A model generated the notes under the pieces. That model was not told the origin of the DNA. It saw nothing but the letters and a program-made list of their open reading frames with translations, and ran no database searches. From Tricharina praecox (lineage: Eukaryota), in assembly GCF_024521635.1 (NCBI RefSeq), contig NW_026250416.1, positions 434,001 to 498,000 on the forward strand: a DNA stretch of 64,000 nucleotides, given 5' to 3'. Position 1 is the first letter of the stretch; every line of letters begins with the position of its first letter. Of this stretch, positions 12,413 to 25,294 are shown piece after piece. Made by a program: the position numbers and the translations under genes.

Positions 12413-14815
12413 TTATCATCTCTGCCCACATCCCATCGTATGTAAGATGTGTGTACATATTGTCCTTTCTTTCTGTTTAAATATCAAATCCTTCTTTCTT
12501 TCGCCTATCTCCTCATCATCATATATATGGGACTTAAGAACCATCGCGAATCTTGAATGCATATCCATCTATACACACTCCATATGATGTGCATACTATC
12601 TACGGCTATAACGGCTGTCATGGCCATGCTATATATGCCATGCCTTGGATTGGTCTGGCTTGGCTTGGCTCAAGGTTCCACTCCAATATAAAACAATATG
12701 GATAAGTTGATCATGACGCGAGATAGAGTGATTTATGTATTCGTAGGATCTGAGGGTGTGGGTGTGTGTGGGTGCGTGGGACTGCCGTGATCTCCTCAAC
12801 CTCCTCAACCTCCTCAACCGCGGGAAGAGAAGAGAAGAAAAAGAGTGTCGAGGCAGGCAGTCGAGGCAGGCTGTGGAGGTGTAGGGAGGAACCAGCTGCA
12901 AGCTTAAGCTGCAGCGGATGAAACGGCGCCTTTTCGCGAAACAGCAATCGCAGCTTGTGATGCCGGCCGGCCGGCAACGGGTCTGATCTGCTCAGCATGC
13001 ATGCACCGGCCAAACGTTACGGGACGGCACCGTGGAGCGAGACGATGTCGGGGACTCGGCGAATGCTGCTCCGCCGACGCCGACGCCGGACTCGCGGCCG
13101 CCTCGACGATCTTTTCGGCGGGTCGGGGATCGACTCGCCGGGGATGTCTGTCTGATCAGGGCACGATGATGTGCTTCGTGGAGTAGGGGCGTCGCTCCGC
13201 TCGCTGTGGAACTCAATGGCGAATGGAGCTTTAGGTTCGATACAACGGAGACCGTGGGCCCGTGAACCCCCTTCACGAGTACTCACTCGAAACACGGTAC
13301 TGCGCCGCACGTGATCGCCACATGGAGTACCTATAATCATCCGCCCAAACGTCCTCTGCCCCTTTCTTTTCAGTCCGATGGGGCAAGAAGCGACGATATC
13401 ATCCGGCTTCCAGAACGGGTGTGCGAGCGTGCGTGCGAGCGTGCGTTTGGGACATTTGAAGCCAGGAGAACCCTGGCCGATTCGAAGGCTCCCTCCCTCC
13501 ATTCCCGGCGCCATTTTACATAGCATATCATATCATATCTACGTACCTCGCAATCTACATGTTGTTCTTCTTCGCAACGGCCGGATCTCGGTAAGTCCTC
13601 TTTCTATTGTTCCGCGATTTCGATTCGCAGATTTCTGGTTTAAGATAAACAGGAGGGAGGGAGGGCACGCGGTAGTACTTGGGCAGGGAGGCAGTTGGAT
13701 GGGCTGGGGAGGGGAGGGGACCGTTGAGCTTGCAGGCATGCTGCTGCTGCTTTTGTCTCTCCCTCCTCAACCGACAACGGGCCGGGACGGACGGTGACCT
13801 GGTTAGCTGTGAGGAAAGGAAAACGGGAGGAAAAGGGAACAGGAAGGAACAAGAAATTTATAAAGTGATAAACACATCCGCACCCCCAGTGCTAGTCGAC
13901 GTCTTATTTGGTGGCTGTTATCATCATAGGCGGCATGTATCGTGTACTTTTTCCCGGGCCGGACTTCCTGAGGTGTATTTAGAGCGCGATTCATTCTGCG
14001 AACCAGTACCAGCCAGCAGCAGCACCACGTCCCTTCGTTTTTATTTTCTTTTTATCTTCTCCAATTGCCGATTTTATATTGATTTTTGGCTGAGTTGTTT
14101 GTTTGCTGCCAGTCGCTCATTCGCTGGATTCACATCTGTCTTCTTCTTCTTCTTCTCGCTGGCTAGAGTACTCTACAGAGTGGAGTTGCTGCAGACTTGA
14201 TCTCTCTGCTTGCTGTTTTTGTTTGTAGCTTATTCTGCCTTGCTTCCCTGTCCTGCCTACCTGCCTTCCTGCCTATCTGTCTGCGTCCTGCTTGCCTGCC
14301 TGCTTGCCTGCCTGCTTGCATGCAAATCGTAGTGTTTTTCACCCTCTTTCGATTTCTGTCCTGTCTCCGTCCGTTGTTTTCAGTTCTTTTGTGATCGGGG
14401 AACGAAGGCTTCAAGATAGCGGCTCACGGAAACGCTAGACTTCACACTCTTTTGAGCCTCTTACATACAGCACCAGCAACCAGCAGCCGGCAAGTGAAAC
14501 AACCACCACTCGTTCCGACCGACCTGCGCGTCAGTCTCTCTAACGCTCGGACAGCTCACTCACTCTTGTCCTCACTCCACCACCAACACAACAACCACTA
14601 TCACCACCACCACCCATTCACTATCACCACCACCACCCATTCACTATCACCACCACCCCATTCACTCGCTCGACGACAAAAGCAACCACCACCACCACCA
14701 GCATCACATCCACTCCACCCTATCTTCGACCGCATCCTAATTGATAAGACATACACGCGCGCACGCAGCACACACGCAGCACACACGCACGCACGCCTCC
14801 ACACACTCGTTCATA

Positions 14816-17071
14816 ATGACGGATATAGACAGTCTATTCAAGGTAATCCCTCCTCCACCCCCGCACACACCCTCCCTCACCGCCGCCACCGCGCAAGCAA
14901 GCAGCTAGCATAGCATAAACTGACACATCATCACTGCTTCCCCGCGTAACAGAAACCGGCACTCCCGAGCTCGTCGTTCTCGGCGTCTTCCAATACCTCC
15001 AAGAAGCGCAAGCTCGCTCCGCAGCACGATCCAGGTGCGTGGTCCGCCCTGCCTTCCTTCCTGCCTTCCTACCTACCTACGTTTCCCGCGCGTTCCGTTC
15101 CGTTCGTTCGTTGTTGACATGTTTTCAGTCGCTGCCTACAAGTCCGCCCGGCTCGACACGACAGGGTCAAGGTCGGCACATGCGGCCGACGCTCCCGACG
15201 AGGACGACGAGGAGGCGGGTCCGGCTCCTCCGGAGGATGCGTCGTCGTCGCTGCCCTCGGACTTCTTTGACGCGCCGGGAGAAGATGAGGAGGGCGGTAG
15301 GTTCTTTGGCGGCGGCGTGAACGAGAAGCAGGCGGAGATCCTGGACTACGTGGATGCGCAGGAGAAGGAGAGCGGCATCTCGGAGCCCGAAAAGATCAAT
15401 GCCGCCTGGCTAAGAAAGAAGGCGCTGGGGTTCGAGAGGTTGATCAGTAAGAATGCGGAGATGCGCGGGAAGTTTGAGGATGAGCCGCATAAGTGCGTTC
15501 TTTTTTGATGGCGAGGGCGATGGCGATGGTGCTGACGCGGGGAACAGGTTCATGGCTAGCGAGGAGGAATTGGATACCGAAATCAAGACGTTTTCGATAT
15601 TGTCCGAGCACCCGGAGTTGTTCGAGGAGTTCCGGAAGCTGGGCACATTAGGGTCACTGGTCCGGCTGTTGGCGCACGAGAATACGGATGTTGCCATTGA
15701 TGTGGTTGAGGTCATCAGCGAGCTTACAGACGACGAGGTCGAGGCGGAGCCTGATCAGTGGAATTCGCTCGTTGATGGGATGGTGGAGGAAGCATTGCTG
15801 GAAATGCTATCGCAGAATCTGTCGCGATTGAACGAAAGCAACGACAGTGATCGCAGTGGAGTTTATCACACGCTCAGTATGTCTATCCCCTTTGGGGGGC
15901 AAGGATAATTGACCCGGCTAATCACCGATCGTCGCAACAGGTGTCTTCGAGAATCTAGCCTCTCAACCCTCGCTGGCCGAAACGATGGTCAGGGAAACCA
16001 ACATCTTCCCATGGCTTCTCAAGCGCATCCAAGTGCGCGAGTCTCCACTTTCGCAGAACAAACAGTACGCAGCAGAGCTGCTCGCCATTCTCCTCCAGAC
16101 GGCGCAAGCGAATCGAGTTCGGCTGACGGAGCTCAACGGTGTCGACCTGTTCCTTCAATTGCTGTCTCCGTATCGGAAACGCGATCCTGTCAAGGGTGGA
16201 GATGAGGAGGAGTTTGTCGAAAACGTGTTTGATTGTCTTACATGCGTCGTTGACGAGGCTGAGGGCAAGCGCAAGTTTGTGGAAGCCGAGGGCGTGGAGC
16301 TGGCTCTCATCATGCTGCGAGAGGGAAAGATGAGCAAGCCGAGGGCTCTTCGGTTACTCGATCACGCTATCAGCTCGGTACAGAACGCGGAGGTGGCAAT
16401 GCGGATCGTATCAGCAGCGGGCCTCAAAACGCTGTTCGGTATGTTCATGAAGAAGGTATGTTGTCACTCGTAGCCGGTTCGGTGGTAAAGGGTGGGATTC
16501 TGACGCACGGCGGGGTTTACAGCAAGACACCCGAACAACCGAGCACCTCCTCGGCATATTTGCGAGCATGCTGCGATTACTGCCGGCCGATTCGGCAGTC
16601 AGGATACGGACACTCGCGAAATTCGTTGAGAGCGACTACGCCAAGATTGCGCGGCTGGTGCAGATCCGGCAGGACTACGCGGCTCGGCTCGGGAAAGTCG
16701 AGAGGGAGATTGATGAGCAGAGGAAGGGACTCCCGCAGGACGAGAGGGAAGATATGAAGGAGGAGTGGCTGTCGCGCAGGTTGGACGCGGGGCTGTTTGG
16801 AATACAGATGACGGATCTCATCCTGGCATGGATGTGTGCCGAGGATGGCGGGGCGAAGAACAAGATTGAGAGTCTGCTCGAGGGACAGAAGTTGGGGTTG
16901 CAGAGCATACGGAAAACACTACGAGGTATGCAGCGGTATTTCTTCCTTTATGCTGATGATCGCTGACTTTACTTCGCTGCAGAATCGGTTGTTCTAATGG
17001 GCGACGAAGACCTTGATGCCGACCAGCAAGAAACGAAGGACATGCTGACGACGTTGATTACGTTTGTATAA
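14816..17071 (+). CDS. CTNNBL1: Beta-catenin-like protein 1 (CTNNBL1 / DUF1716), Prp19-complex-associated armadillo-like protein; about 7 exons
   Basis: MTDIDSLFK|KPALPS..KKRK; GRFFGGG; FERLISKNAEMRGKFEDEPHK|FMASE..LD..IK.FSILSEHPEL; LLAHENTDVAIDVVEVISELTDDEV; LSRLNE..DSDRSGVYHTL; NKQYAAELLAILLQ; YRKRDP...DEEEFVENVFDCL; F.EAEGVEL; RRLDAGLF. TAA at 17069-17071. Confidence 0.92.
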
Positions 17072-18123
17072 CTACTACCTGGCTGTCTTCTAATCGTACT
17101 TAGTAGTAGATATTATTATCACCCACCGCCTCTGCTGTGGGGGGTGTTGATCTTGTTCAATATATGACCGTGTTGTTATCGCGCAGAGTAGAGTGCATGA
17201 AGTACCTGAAGATAACACCCGACAGCTGTACACTACCTGTCGACACTCTGTACGCTTCTGCAGAGTAATATGTCGATTTACTCTACTTGAAGCCGTGACA
17301 TGCAGTGCGTGAGCGTCTGACAAACTTCCCGCCGAGAGGGAGGGAGTAATTCAGCTTCGGTAGAGTCTCCGTTTTCTATAGAAGCAATTATCTCTTCTAC
17401 ATACGGTCATGAGCTCTGTCCAGTGTCCGTCGTGGGAGTGAAACTGTCACAGATGAGCTGAGCCTCAAACGCCGCTTTTTATACCCCACCAGCCACCACC
17501 AGAGTCCAGACGTCACATTTCTTTTTCAGCCCGCGTACGTGTGCTGCGCAGCTGCTGCAGGCACACATTGCGTGTGTAAGGCAAGGGAAGTGCCAGTGTT
17601 CCCGCGGCCGTTAATTTCTCCTATCGGAACTTCGGAAGACTCTTTCACCACTCCTCCTAGAGACCTCCTAGAGCGAGTTTTGCTACAGCCTGCAGCCTGC
17701 AGCCTGCGGCCTTCAGCGCGCATCGGATCATCACCAGCATACCTACTACCTACCGTACCTACCCCGCCCGACCCTCCCCCCCCCTCCCCTCCTTCCCACC
17801 ACCACCGCCACCACCAACAACCACCACCACCACCACGAGACCCTCCACCGCCAGCCAGCCAGCTAGAACGGCGTCCTTCCAAATAGAACCGTCCCGTCCC
17901 GTCCCTTCCTTGCACCACCACACCCCGCCCCCTCCATCCTCGTCCGTCCTCGTCCGTCCTCGTCCGTCCTCGTCCGCCGTCCTCCACCATCTGTCGACGT
18001 CAGGTACCAGAACTCGAAACTCGAACCACCACCACAGGCTCGCGCGCGAGAAAAAAAAAGACGACCACCACAACACCACAACACAGCACAACACAACACA
18101 ACCCACCACAACCCACCACAAGC

Positions 18124-19427
18124 ATGACGGAGGCAACGCCAACGCCAACGCCTCCATCGCCGCCCGTGCCCGTGCCCTTGTCCTTTCCCGCGCCCTTACC
18201 CGCTTCGGCACCAGCTCCAGCTCCAGAAGCAAAGCCGTCACAGGAGCCGACACAGGCACCGTCACAGGCACAAGAACCGGAACACACGCCATCCGCCGCG
18301 CCCGACACACCGCCGCCGACGGAAGGCGCGCGCACAGCGACGCTAGTAATATCCGACGAGTCCCCGCCCGTCGACGTGATCGACGACGACGAGGACCTGC
18401 TCGACGAATACCCGCCCGACATCGAGGAGCTCGACCTCATCCACCTGCGCATACTGTCGATTCCTGCGCTGAGGCTGGAGAGGTTCCTGAAAATCACGGT
18501 ACGTGCTGATGGGAGATGGGAAGAGACAGTGTGTGTGCTGATGGGATGAGTGTGTGTGCTAGAAATTATGTCTCCGCCAAAACCGCATCGAGCGTATCGA
18601 GGGACTGGAAGTCCTGGCGGACACGTTAACGGAGCTGGACCTGTACGACAACGCGATCGGGCACATCAACGGCGTCGAGAAGCTCACGAAGCTGACGAGT
18701 CTGGATCTGTCGTTCAACGGCATCAAACACATCAAGCGTCTGGAGCCGCTGAAGGATCTGCTGCAGAACCTGTATTTCGTGCAGAACCGCATCAGCAGGA
18801 TCGAGGGCCTGGAGGGGTTCGCAAGGCTCACGAATTTGGAGTTGGGTGCAAACAGGATTAGAGAGATTGAGGGGCTAGACTCCCTCGTTTCCCTCGAGCA
18901 GCTGTGGTTGGGGAAGAATAAGATTACCGAGCTGAAGGTGCGTGCTTGATGCGGAGGGAGGGACGAGTGGGGGAGGAGGTACAGACAGGCCAGCTAACGA
19001 ACCGCAGAATCTCGGAACGCTCACAAAACTCAAGATCCTATCGATCCAATCCAACCGGCTAACGGAAATCAAAAACCTCGAGAACCTTTCCGAGCTCGAA
19101 GAGTTCTACGTATCGGACAACGCGCTGACGGAGATCTCCGGGCTGACGCACAACCCCAACCTCAAAGTCTTCGACGTCACCAACAACAACATCTCGCACC
19201 TGTCGGGGCTCGAGCATGTCCCGCAGCTGCAGGAGCTCTGGGCTAGCAGTAACAACCTCGCCTCGTTCGCAGAGGTCGAGGCTCAGCTCAAGGATAAGGA
19301 ACATCTAGAGACTGTGTACCTCGAGGGAAACCCTCTGCAGAAAGATGCGGGTATCACCTATAGGAATAAGGTCCGCCTCGCCCTGCCGAGGATTAAGCAG
19401 ATCGACGCGACGTATATTAGGGCTTAA
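18124..19427 (+). CDS. SDS22: Protein phosphatase 1 regulatory subunit SDS22/PPP1R7 (leucine-rich repeat protein); 3 exons
   Basis: IDDDEDLLDEYPPDIEELDLIHLRI..IPALRLERF|KLCLRQNRI..LTELDLYDN..LDLSFNGIKHIK..LYFVQNRISRIEGL..LELGANRIREIEGL..LWLGKNKITELK|NL..LKILSIQSNRL...VYLEGNPLQK...YRNKVRLALP.IKQIDATYIRA*. Introns ~18499-18562 and ~18938-19007. Confidence 0.93.
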
Positions 19428-21206
19428 CGCAAGAGTGCGAGGCGATGCGCGGGCGAGAAAGCGTCGGGAGTTTGCAATTGGAACGTGGGTTAAATGGGGC
19501 TTTCTTTTCTTCTCTGTGATGATGATGGATGGGATGCATACGGGTTCTGCGGAGGGGAGGGGAGGGGAGAGGAGGGGGTAGGTGATACAATAATAAACGG
19601 GGACGGTTCGGGTGATCGCGAGTCCCGAGTCTCGTATGTACGGTACGTCGTGGAAGAAGTAAGAAGTAGGAAGTAAGAGTTGCAGACTGGCTGTCTGTCT
19701 GTCTGTGATTGGTGATTTGGCGAGCAATCGGCGGTGATATTAAGGAAGGGAGAAGGCTGTGAGTGTATGTGGTCATCCAACATCACTCGTGATTTCAAGT
19801 TGGCTTTGAAGCTTGAACGCCAATGGTTATAGATATGTAGAGTACAGCTGTCCGTCGACTGAGACTGAGACTGAGACTGAGACTGAGACACGACTCGCAT
19901 GGCCCAGGGAAGAGTTTTGCGCTGGTAGTCCATACAACCGTTAAAGCCCGAAGGAGCTCGGAAATCGTGATAGGATGGTGCACGAGTCATGATTGGACGT
20001 CCGGGGAAGGTAGAACAGACGTCGACCGGAGTCACATCCTGCATACGGGATCACGGACCACCCCGTGTCCATGCCCATGCCCGTGCCCATGCCCATGCCC
20101 CTACATAGTCCACACGAAGAGGAAGGTTCTCTGAGACTCCGAGATTTTGAGGCAAAACGGAGAGATGCCCGAGGGAGAGTGGTGCCCGAGGGAGAGTGGA
20201 CAGCGGAAGAGATCAACAAGAGGAAGTAGGTATCGACCGCCGGACACCCAGGAAGAGGGAAGAGGGAAGAGGGAAGAGGGAAGAGAGAAGAGGGAAGAGA
20301 GAAGAGAGAAGAGAGAAGAGAGAAGAGAGAAGAGCACAAGGCCGTATGTAACCAACACCAACCAACCAACAGCAACAGGCGGAAGAAACTCGCAGCGAGA
20401 CTATAGAGTAGAGTACCAGAGCAGAGCAGGTCCGAATACGCCGCAATTGGGCAGTACTATACGTACTATACGTACCAAGAGCCGCCCCACGGCCGCCGAC
20501 GACTCGGTGAGATGATGGTGTCAGACTGTCAGTAGGTACAAGGCTCGGACACGGACGGAACTAGACGGGGCAAAGGCAAAGGCAAAGGAAAAGGCAGAGA
20601 TCGGTTTCGAATAGGTAGATAGAGCTCCTCCTTCCCGAGAGCAGAGGAATCGAACTTGTAACTGCCATGATCTACTCTACTAGTAGTTAGGTTGAATGAA
20701 ACAATGGTTAAACAAAAATATACATCTACAGCCATTCGTTGGTTGGGCAGAGTAGGTAGGGGGATGAGTGTTGGTTCTTGGAACACATCACGGCGCCAAA
20801 TCAATCATCAAGACGTAGAGTAGACACTCTGCCAGCAAAGTGATCTCCGAATGGATCTGGTTATTCCCATTATCGCTCAGAGCGCTGGATTGCAAGTGCA
20901 AGATGTGGTCGAATGGAGGCGAGCGAGGGAGGAGACCTAGTGTTTGGAATATTCACAGCTAAGCACTCGGCAGGTTCCAACTTCCACGTCAAGATAAATG
21001 GGAGTTGGCAGAAGCGACGCTTCAAGACCTCAGTAAGAAGTAAGTACTAGTATGTCATTATTCTCATAGCTGTCGACAATACAGTAGTAATACAGCCCCC
21101 CAACGCCCGTCATTAGATATCCAAGTAAGTACATACATAAAGTATTGCGCATAGCCGTTCGCGTAAACATCACCATCACCACCACCATCACCACCACCAT
21201 CGCCCC

Positions 21207-22171
21207 CTAAAGCATAGCAACCAACCCGACCACACCGGCCACGGCCCCACCAAGTCCCCACCTAACCCCATTCCTCTCCGCGTTCGAGTTCGGACTAGAA
21301 GTAGCCACCGTACCGGGCACCGACGTCACAGGCATAGTTGTAGGCGTCAAAACCCTAGTCGTCGGGGTGACCGCGACAGCGGTGAAGCTATCCTCTCCAC
21401 CGGTGGACGTGGGCCTTGCAAGCAACGCCGAAGACGAGGACGACGACTCATCGGGGAGGAGACACTTCCCATCGACGGTGCAAGTTCTCCCGATGGGGCA
21501 GCAGCCGCCTCCCAAGTTCGCAGCGCACTCGAAGCGGCCGGCCGCGCACCCGGTGGTGGTGGGGTTATCGGTGGCAGCGGTACACTTTCCGTCCGCGGTG
21601 CAGGTGCGGCCGATGGGACAGCAGCCGCCGCCCAGGTTCGCCGCGCACAGGAAGCGGCCTGCTTCGCAGGTCGAGGTGGGCGGTGGCATCGTCGTGCCCG
21701 GCGTACACAGGCCGCTGCCGCTCGTGCTGCACGTTGTGCCGTCGGGGCAGCACCCACCCCCGGCGTCCTCAGCGCATTGGAAGGCGCCCGTGCCGCAGCC
21801 GCCGACGCGGGTGCAGAGCTCGCCTAGGGGGGGTTAGATGGTGGATGGTAAGCTGAGATGGGGGTGGTACCGATGGGACAGCAGCCCTCTTCGCCGGAGA
21901 TGGAGATGAAGCAGACGTGCGCGGGCTCGCAGCAGCCCGTGCGGCCGTTGCTGCACACTGCGGAAACCATCGTCGATGGGCAGCTGCTTTGGCGCTTCGT
22001 GAGGCCGCTGCCCGGGAACTGCATCGCCGTCGCTACATGGCCCTGGAGGTTCGCGGGGCTCTGCAGATCCGAGTCGCCCCGTGCAAGGACTGGCAATGAC
22101 CGCCGCGGGGTCTGTTCCAGTCCGGCCACGAACTGGAGGAAGAGGAGGGCGGTGGCGCTGAGGACGAGCAT
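21207..22171 (-). CDS. Secreted, probably GPI-anchored Cys-rich repeat surface protein; 2 exons
   Basis: Signal peptide MLVLSATALLFLQFVAG and Kex2-like LTKR|QSSC. Modules of C..G.F.C....GGGCCP.G.TC...G.C, a Ser/Thr/Pro stalk, and C-terminal SPNSNAERNGVRWGLGGAVAGVVGLVAML* (GPI-signal-like). Intron ~21824-21870 with CTAAC branch. Confidence 0.8.
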
Positions 22172-24557
22172 CGTGTCTGTGTGTGTGCGTGTGGGTGGAG
22201 AGAGAATGTACTATACTATGCAGTGCCGCTGGTGGGATGGAATGGCTGGCTGGCTGGCTGGCTGCCGGGAGGAGGAGTCGTGAGGGGTTTATATGTGTTC
22301 CCCATTTCACCGTCGCATCGTCCAGTCTGCCTGTTGGGGAGCCATATGTGCAACAACAAACAATGCAGCTAGAGGATTCGCCGGCCTACTGCGCAGGCAG
22401 CCCGCTACCTGCCTGCGCGTGATTTTGTGAGTTCTGCTCGATCGTCAAACCAAGCTGCAAAGGCGAGGTGGTACAAGAATTAGCGATGGTGGGTAGGCCC
22501 TACAGGGGCGGAGTCGAGGGTCTAGTCTCAACTAATCTGGCATACTTTGGAATACGAGGAGAAGGACTTGGCTAACTATTACCCCAGAGCGAGCAGAATG
22601 AGTGCCATGGCCAGCGTGGGCCATGGAATACGAGCTGGTACAGGTAGTTATGATGTAACAGAACCTGGGTGGGGAGGATCGGAGTGTTACTGTGTGAGCG
22701 AATCCACGGGGGCCCCAAGACCGTGGCCATACATAAACAATGGGATCCCCCCTCGTCTCCCCCGTCTCCGTCAATCTCCTCCAATGCCTGGAGAATTCCA
22801 ATTGCATTCGGAAACATCACGAACCGGTCGCCGGCCATATCCGATCTCTGGCTGCAAACAGGAGGATCAGACGGGCTTTCAGTCAGCCCGCATGAAATCT
22901 GCAGCTTAACTGAAGGTGCCTACTATAATCTAGAGCATAGTATAACCACACGTTGTACAACCTACCCCTCTCCCCTTTCCCCCCCTCCCAACCCAGCCTT
23001 CTCTCATCGCGGCTGCGCTTCCCACAAACACTTGGTTACTCACATTCTGACCACAGCTTCGGCGATGCATCCACTTCTGCCCGAGCCCGAGCCGAGCCCA
23101 AGTCCTTCGGTATTAAGCCGATATAGGTGCCGGTCTCCTAGCTGGTACATCCCCCACATCCATAACACAGCAAAGCAAGAGAAAAGGAGTTGCTGCCTAG
23201 ATGCGTACTAGCTGGGTAAATACTCTACATAATGCCATGTACCCTACTTATGATCGCTAGAGCAGCCAGCAAGGCCGTGTAACAGAAGTGATGTTAGAGT
23301 GCTTATTTTCGCACCTGCAGGGAGGAGTGGAGGAGTGGAGGGTGTCCTATTGGCTCATCCACTGTCCTCGATACTACGCGCCCGCACGTGTTGACTGACC
23401 GGTGACAGACCGGCGACAGCACGGCGAAAACACGCGAGGGAGGGGGCTGGGTTGTGGCTGGGTTTGTGGCTCTGTGTTGGGTACCTATGATACCTATACT
23501 AGTGGTGCGATCGATGCTTTATTTCGCCGTCGCGATCCCATGTATCACAGGGAAGTGAGAAAAGGAACGATACTAAGGCCGAGGGAGCGGAGAACCAAAT
23601 AAACATAATCATATATTATCACTCGTGGCTGGATTAAGATGTTACAAAAGAATGATCGAGATTCGAGACCTCGAAGCTTATCAGGCGCGAGAACGACACC
23701 CATTGAATAGTATTGATAGTGTGCCCGCGAGGTCGAGTAGGCGTGCAAGCGCCTACTCGAGAATTGCAGGAAACGGTAGTTTGACTCTTGAGCAGGCAGA
23801 CCCGGAGCAGGCCATCCTGTGGACACTGGACAGAGGTGAGAATTGAGAACAAGGGCGAGGGAGCGGAAACTTGAAAGAAAGATGCAAATATCTGAGCTAT
23901 CTACGGGAGAAAGTTTAGCCGGGCTATACCGGACTTCCAAGTTCCCCCAGGGACAAGACTGCGACGTAGCAGGACGGTCCCACCGGAAGGCAGGTAGGAG
24001 AGCAGAACAGAGGACGGCGAATAAGCCGTCGAAGAGTATGGGGCCTGGGCAAAGAAGGCAACGCAGAAACCGAGTCACCGGATATGTACATCGATAGCCG
24101 TCTGTTAGGAGTATCCTCCTCGTCATCGTCGCCATATCCCGGCCAACCGGGACACAGCTCAAGCGGCCCAGCCTGTGTTAGCCTGTGTTCTGAGCAGACC
24201 ACTCGGCCCGAATGTAGCTGGCTAGCTGTCGAGACCATTGCCGATAGGGCCAAAATCCTCGTGATGGTCCGAACAGCCATAGGTAAGTAGCAACGAGGGC
24301 AACACAATGCCAGTGGATACATCCAAATCTGAGGGGGACATCCACTTTTCACGCCCTATCCCGTGCCCAAGCTTCACCGAGGATCTCCTCAACGGGATCC
24401 CCATCATTGGCATGGCAGCAACGTGGACTTTGCCGCGGTTGTCGGTTTCTGGTAGAAGCTCCCAGTTACTGTATATACACAGCTCACTAGCTATCTTGTC
24501 CGGCTCCGGCAATGTAACTTGTAATGACGTTGAGGTTTTATCTTCCACATATCATTC

Positions 24558-24832
24558 CAGTGTTCTCCATAATCCAGTCCAGTCCGTCCGGACCCATGGA
24601 CGGGACTGGACTACATACATCCAGTCCGTCCGGAGGTGTCTGCCGGACGGACTGGTCTACCAGTAAGGTCGGACGGGACGGACTGCAGTCGACTGCAGTC
24701 CAACCCCGTCCAGAAAATTGGCGGACGGGACGGACTACTTTTATCCCGTCCTCCAAAAGACACGGACGGGACTGGATCTTGGCAGTCCGTCCCGTCCGGA
24801 CTGCAGTCTGGACCGGACTATCGAGAACACTG
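24558..24832. mobile_element. Non-autonomous hAT-superfamily MITE (275 bp) with 8-bp TSD TATCATTC
   Basis: Left end CAGTGTTCTCCATAATCCAGTCCAG versus reverse complement of the right end CAGTGTTCTCGATAGTCCGGTCCAG (22/25). Identical TATCATTC at 24550-24557 and 24833-24840. Interior is packed with GGACGG/CCGTCC motifs; no transposase ORF. Confidence 0.9.
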
Positions 24833-25294
24833 TATCATTCCTCTGGTGGGATTCTGGTCGTTTAGGCCTTGCTAGGGAACTATTCGCAAGGCTATTCAGA
24901 TTGGGCGTCGAAGGCGCATTGCTGAGGGCGGTTCAAAGGTTTCGCTGTGCATCGCTTGCATCCAGTCTTGGAACTGTTTGTAGATACTTAAAGATGAACC
25001 TCTAAAGCCCCATTGACCATTGCGCGCACCGCCTAGCAGTGGGTAGTGCTCTCTCACAGCGGCTGTAGACACTGGCATGGGAGATCGATATCGAGTGATT
25101 TCCATGAGCAACCGACTTGCCTCCCGCTAGAACCTTCCCTATGAGGCTAGCTGTTCTCCGCGACTTTTTGTAGCTGAGTCAATAGGTAGTCCCGATGTTA
25201 GCTCCCGCCATCTACCGTGTCCTCACCTACCTATTCATAAGCTCTCCAGCTTCTTTCGTTTGTGTCCTTGTCGTCTTTCTCTCGTTCATCGCTC

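Noticed and set aside
17526..18120. Long Pro/His/Gly-rich ORFs upstream of SDS22 (and similar ones at 14160-14900 and 20100-20500)
   Set aside because: Products of microsatellite or low-complexity UTR sequence without stops; non-ATG starts.
23545..25111. Pseudogene interrupted by the MITE
   Set aside because: Removing the MITE and one TSD copy gives no long ORF or recognisable motif on either strand.
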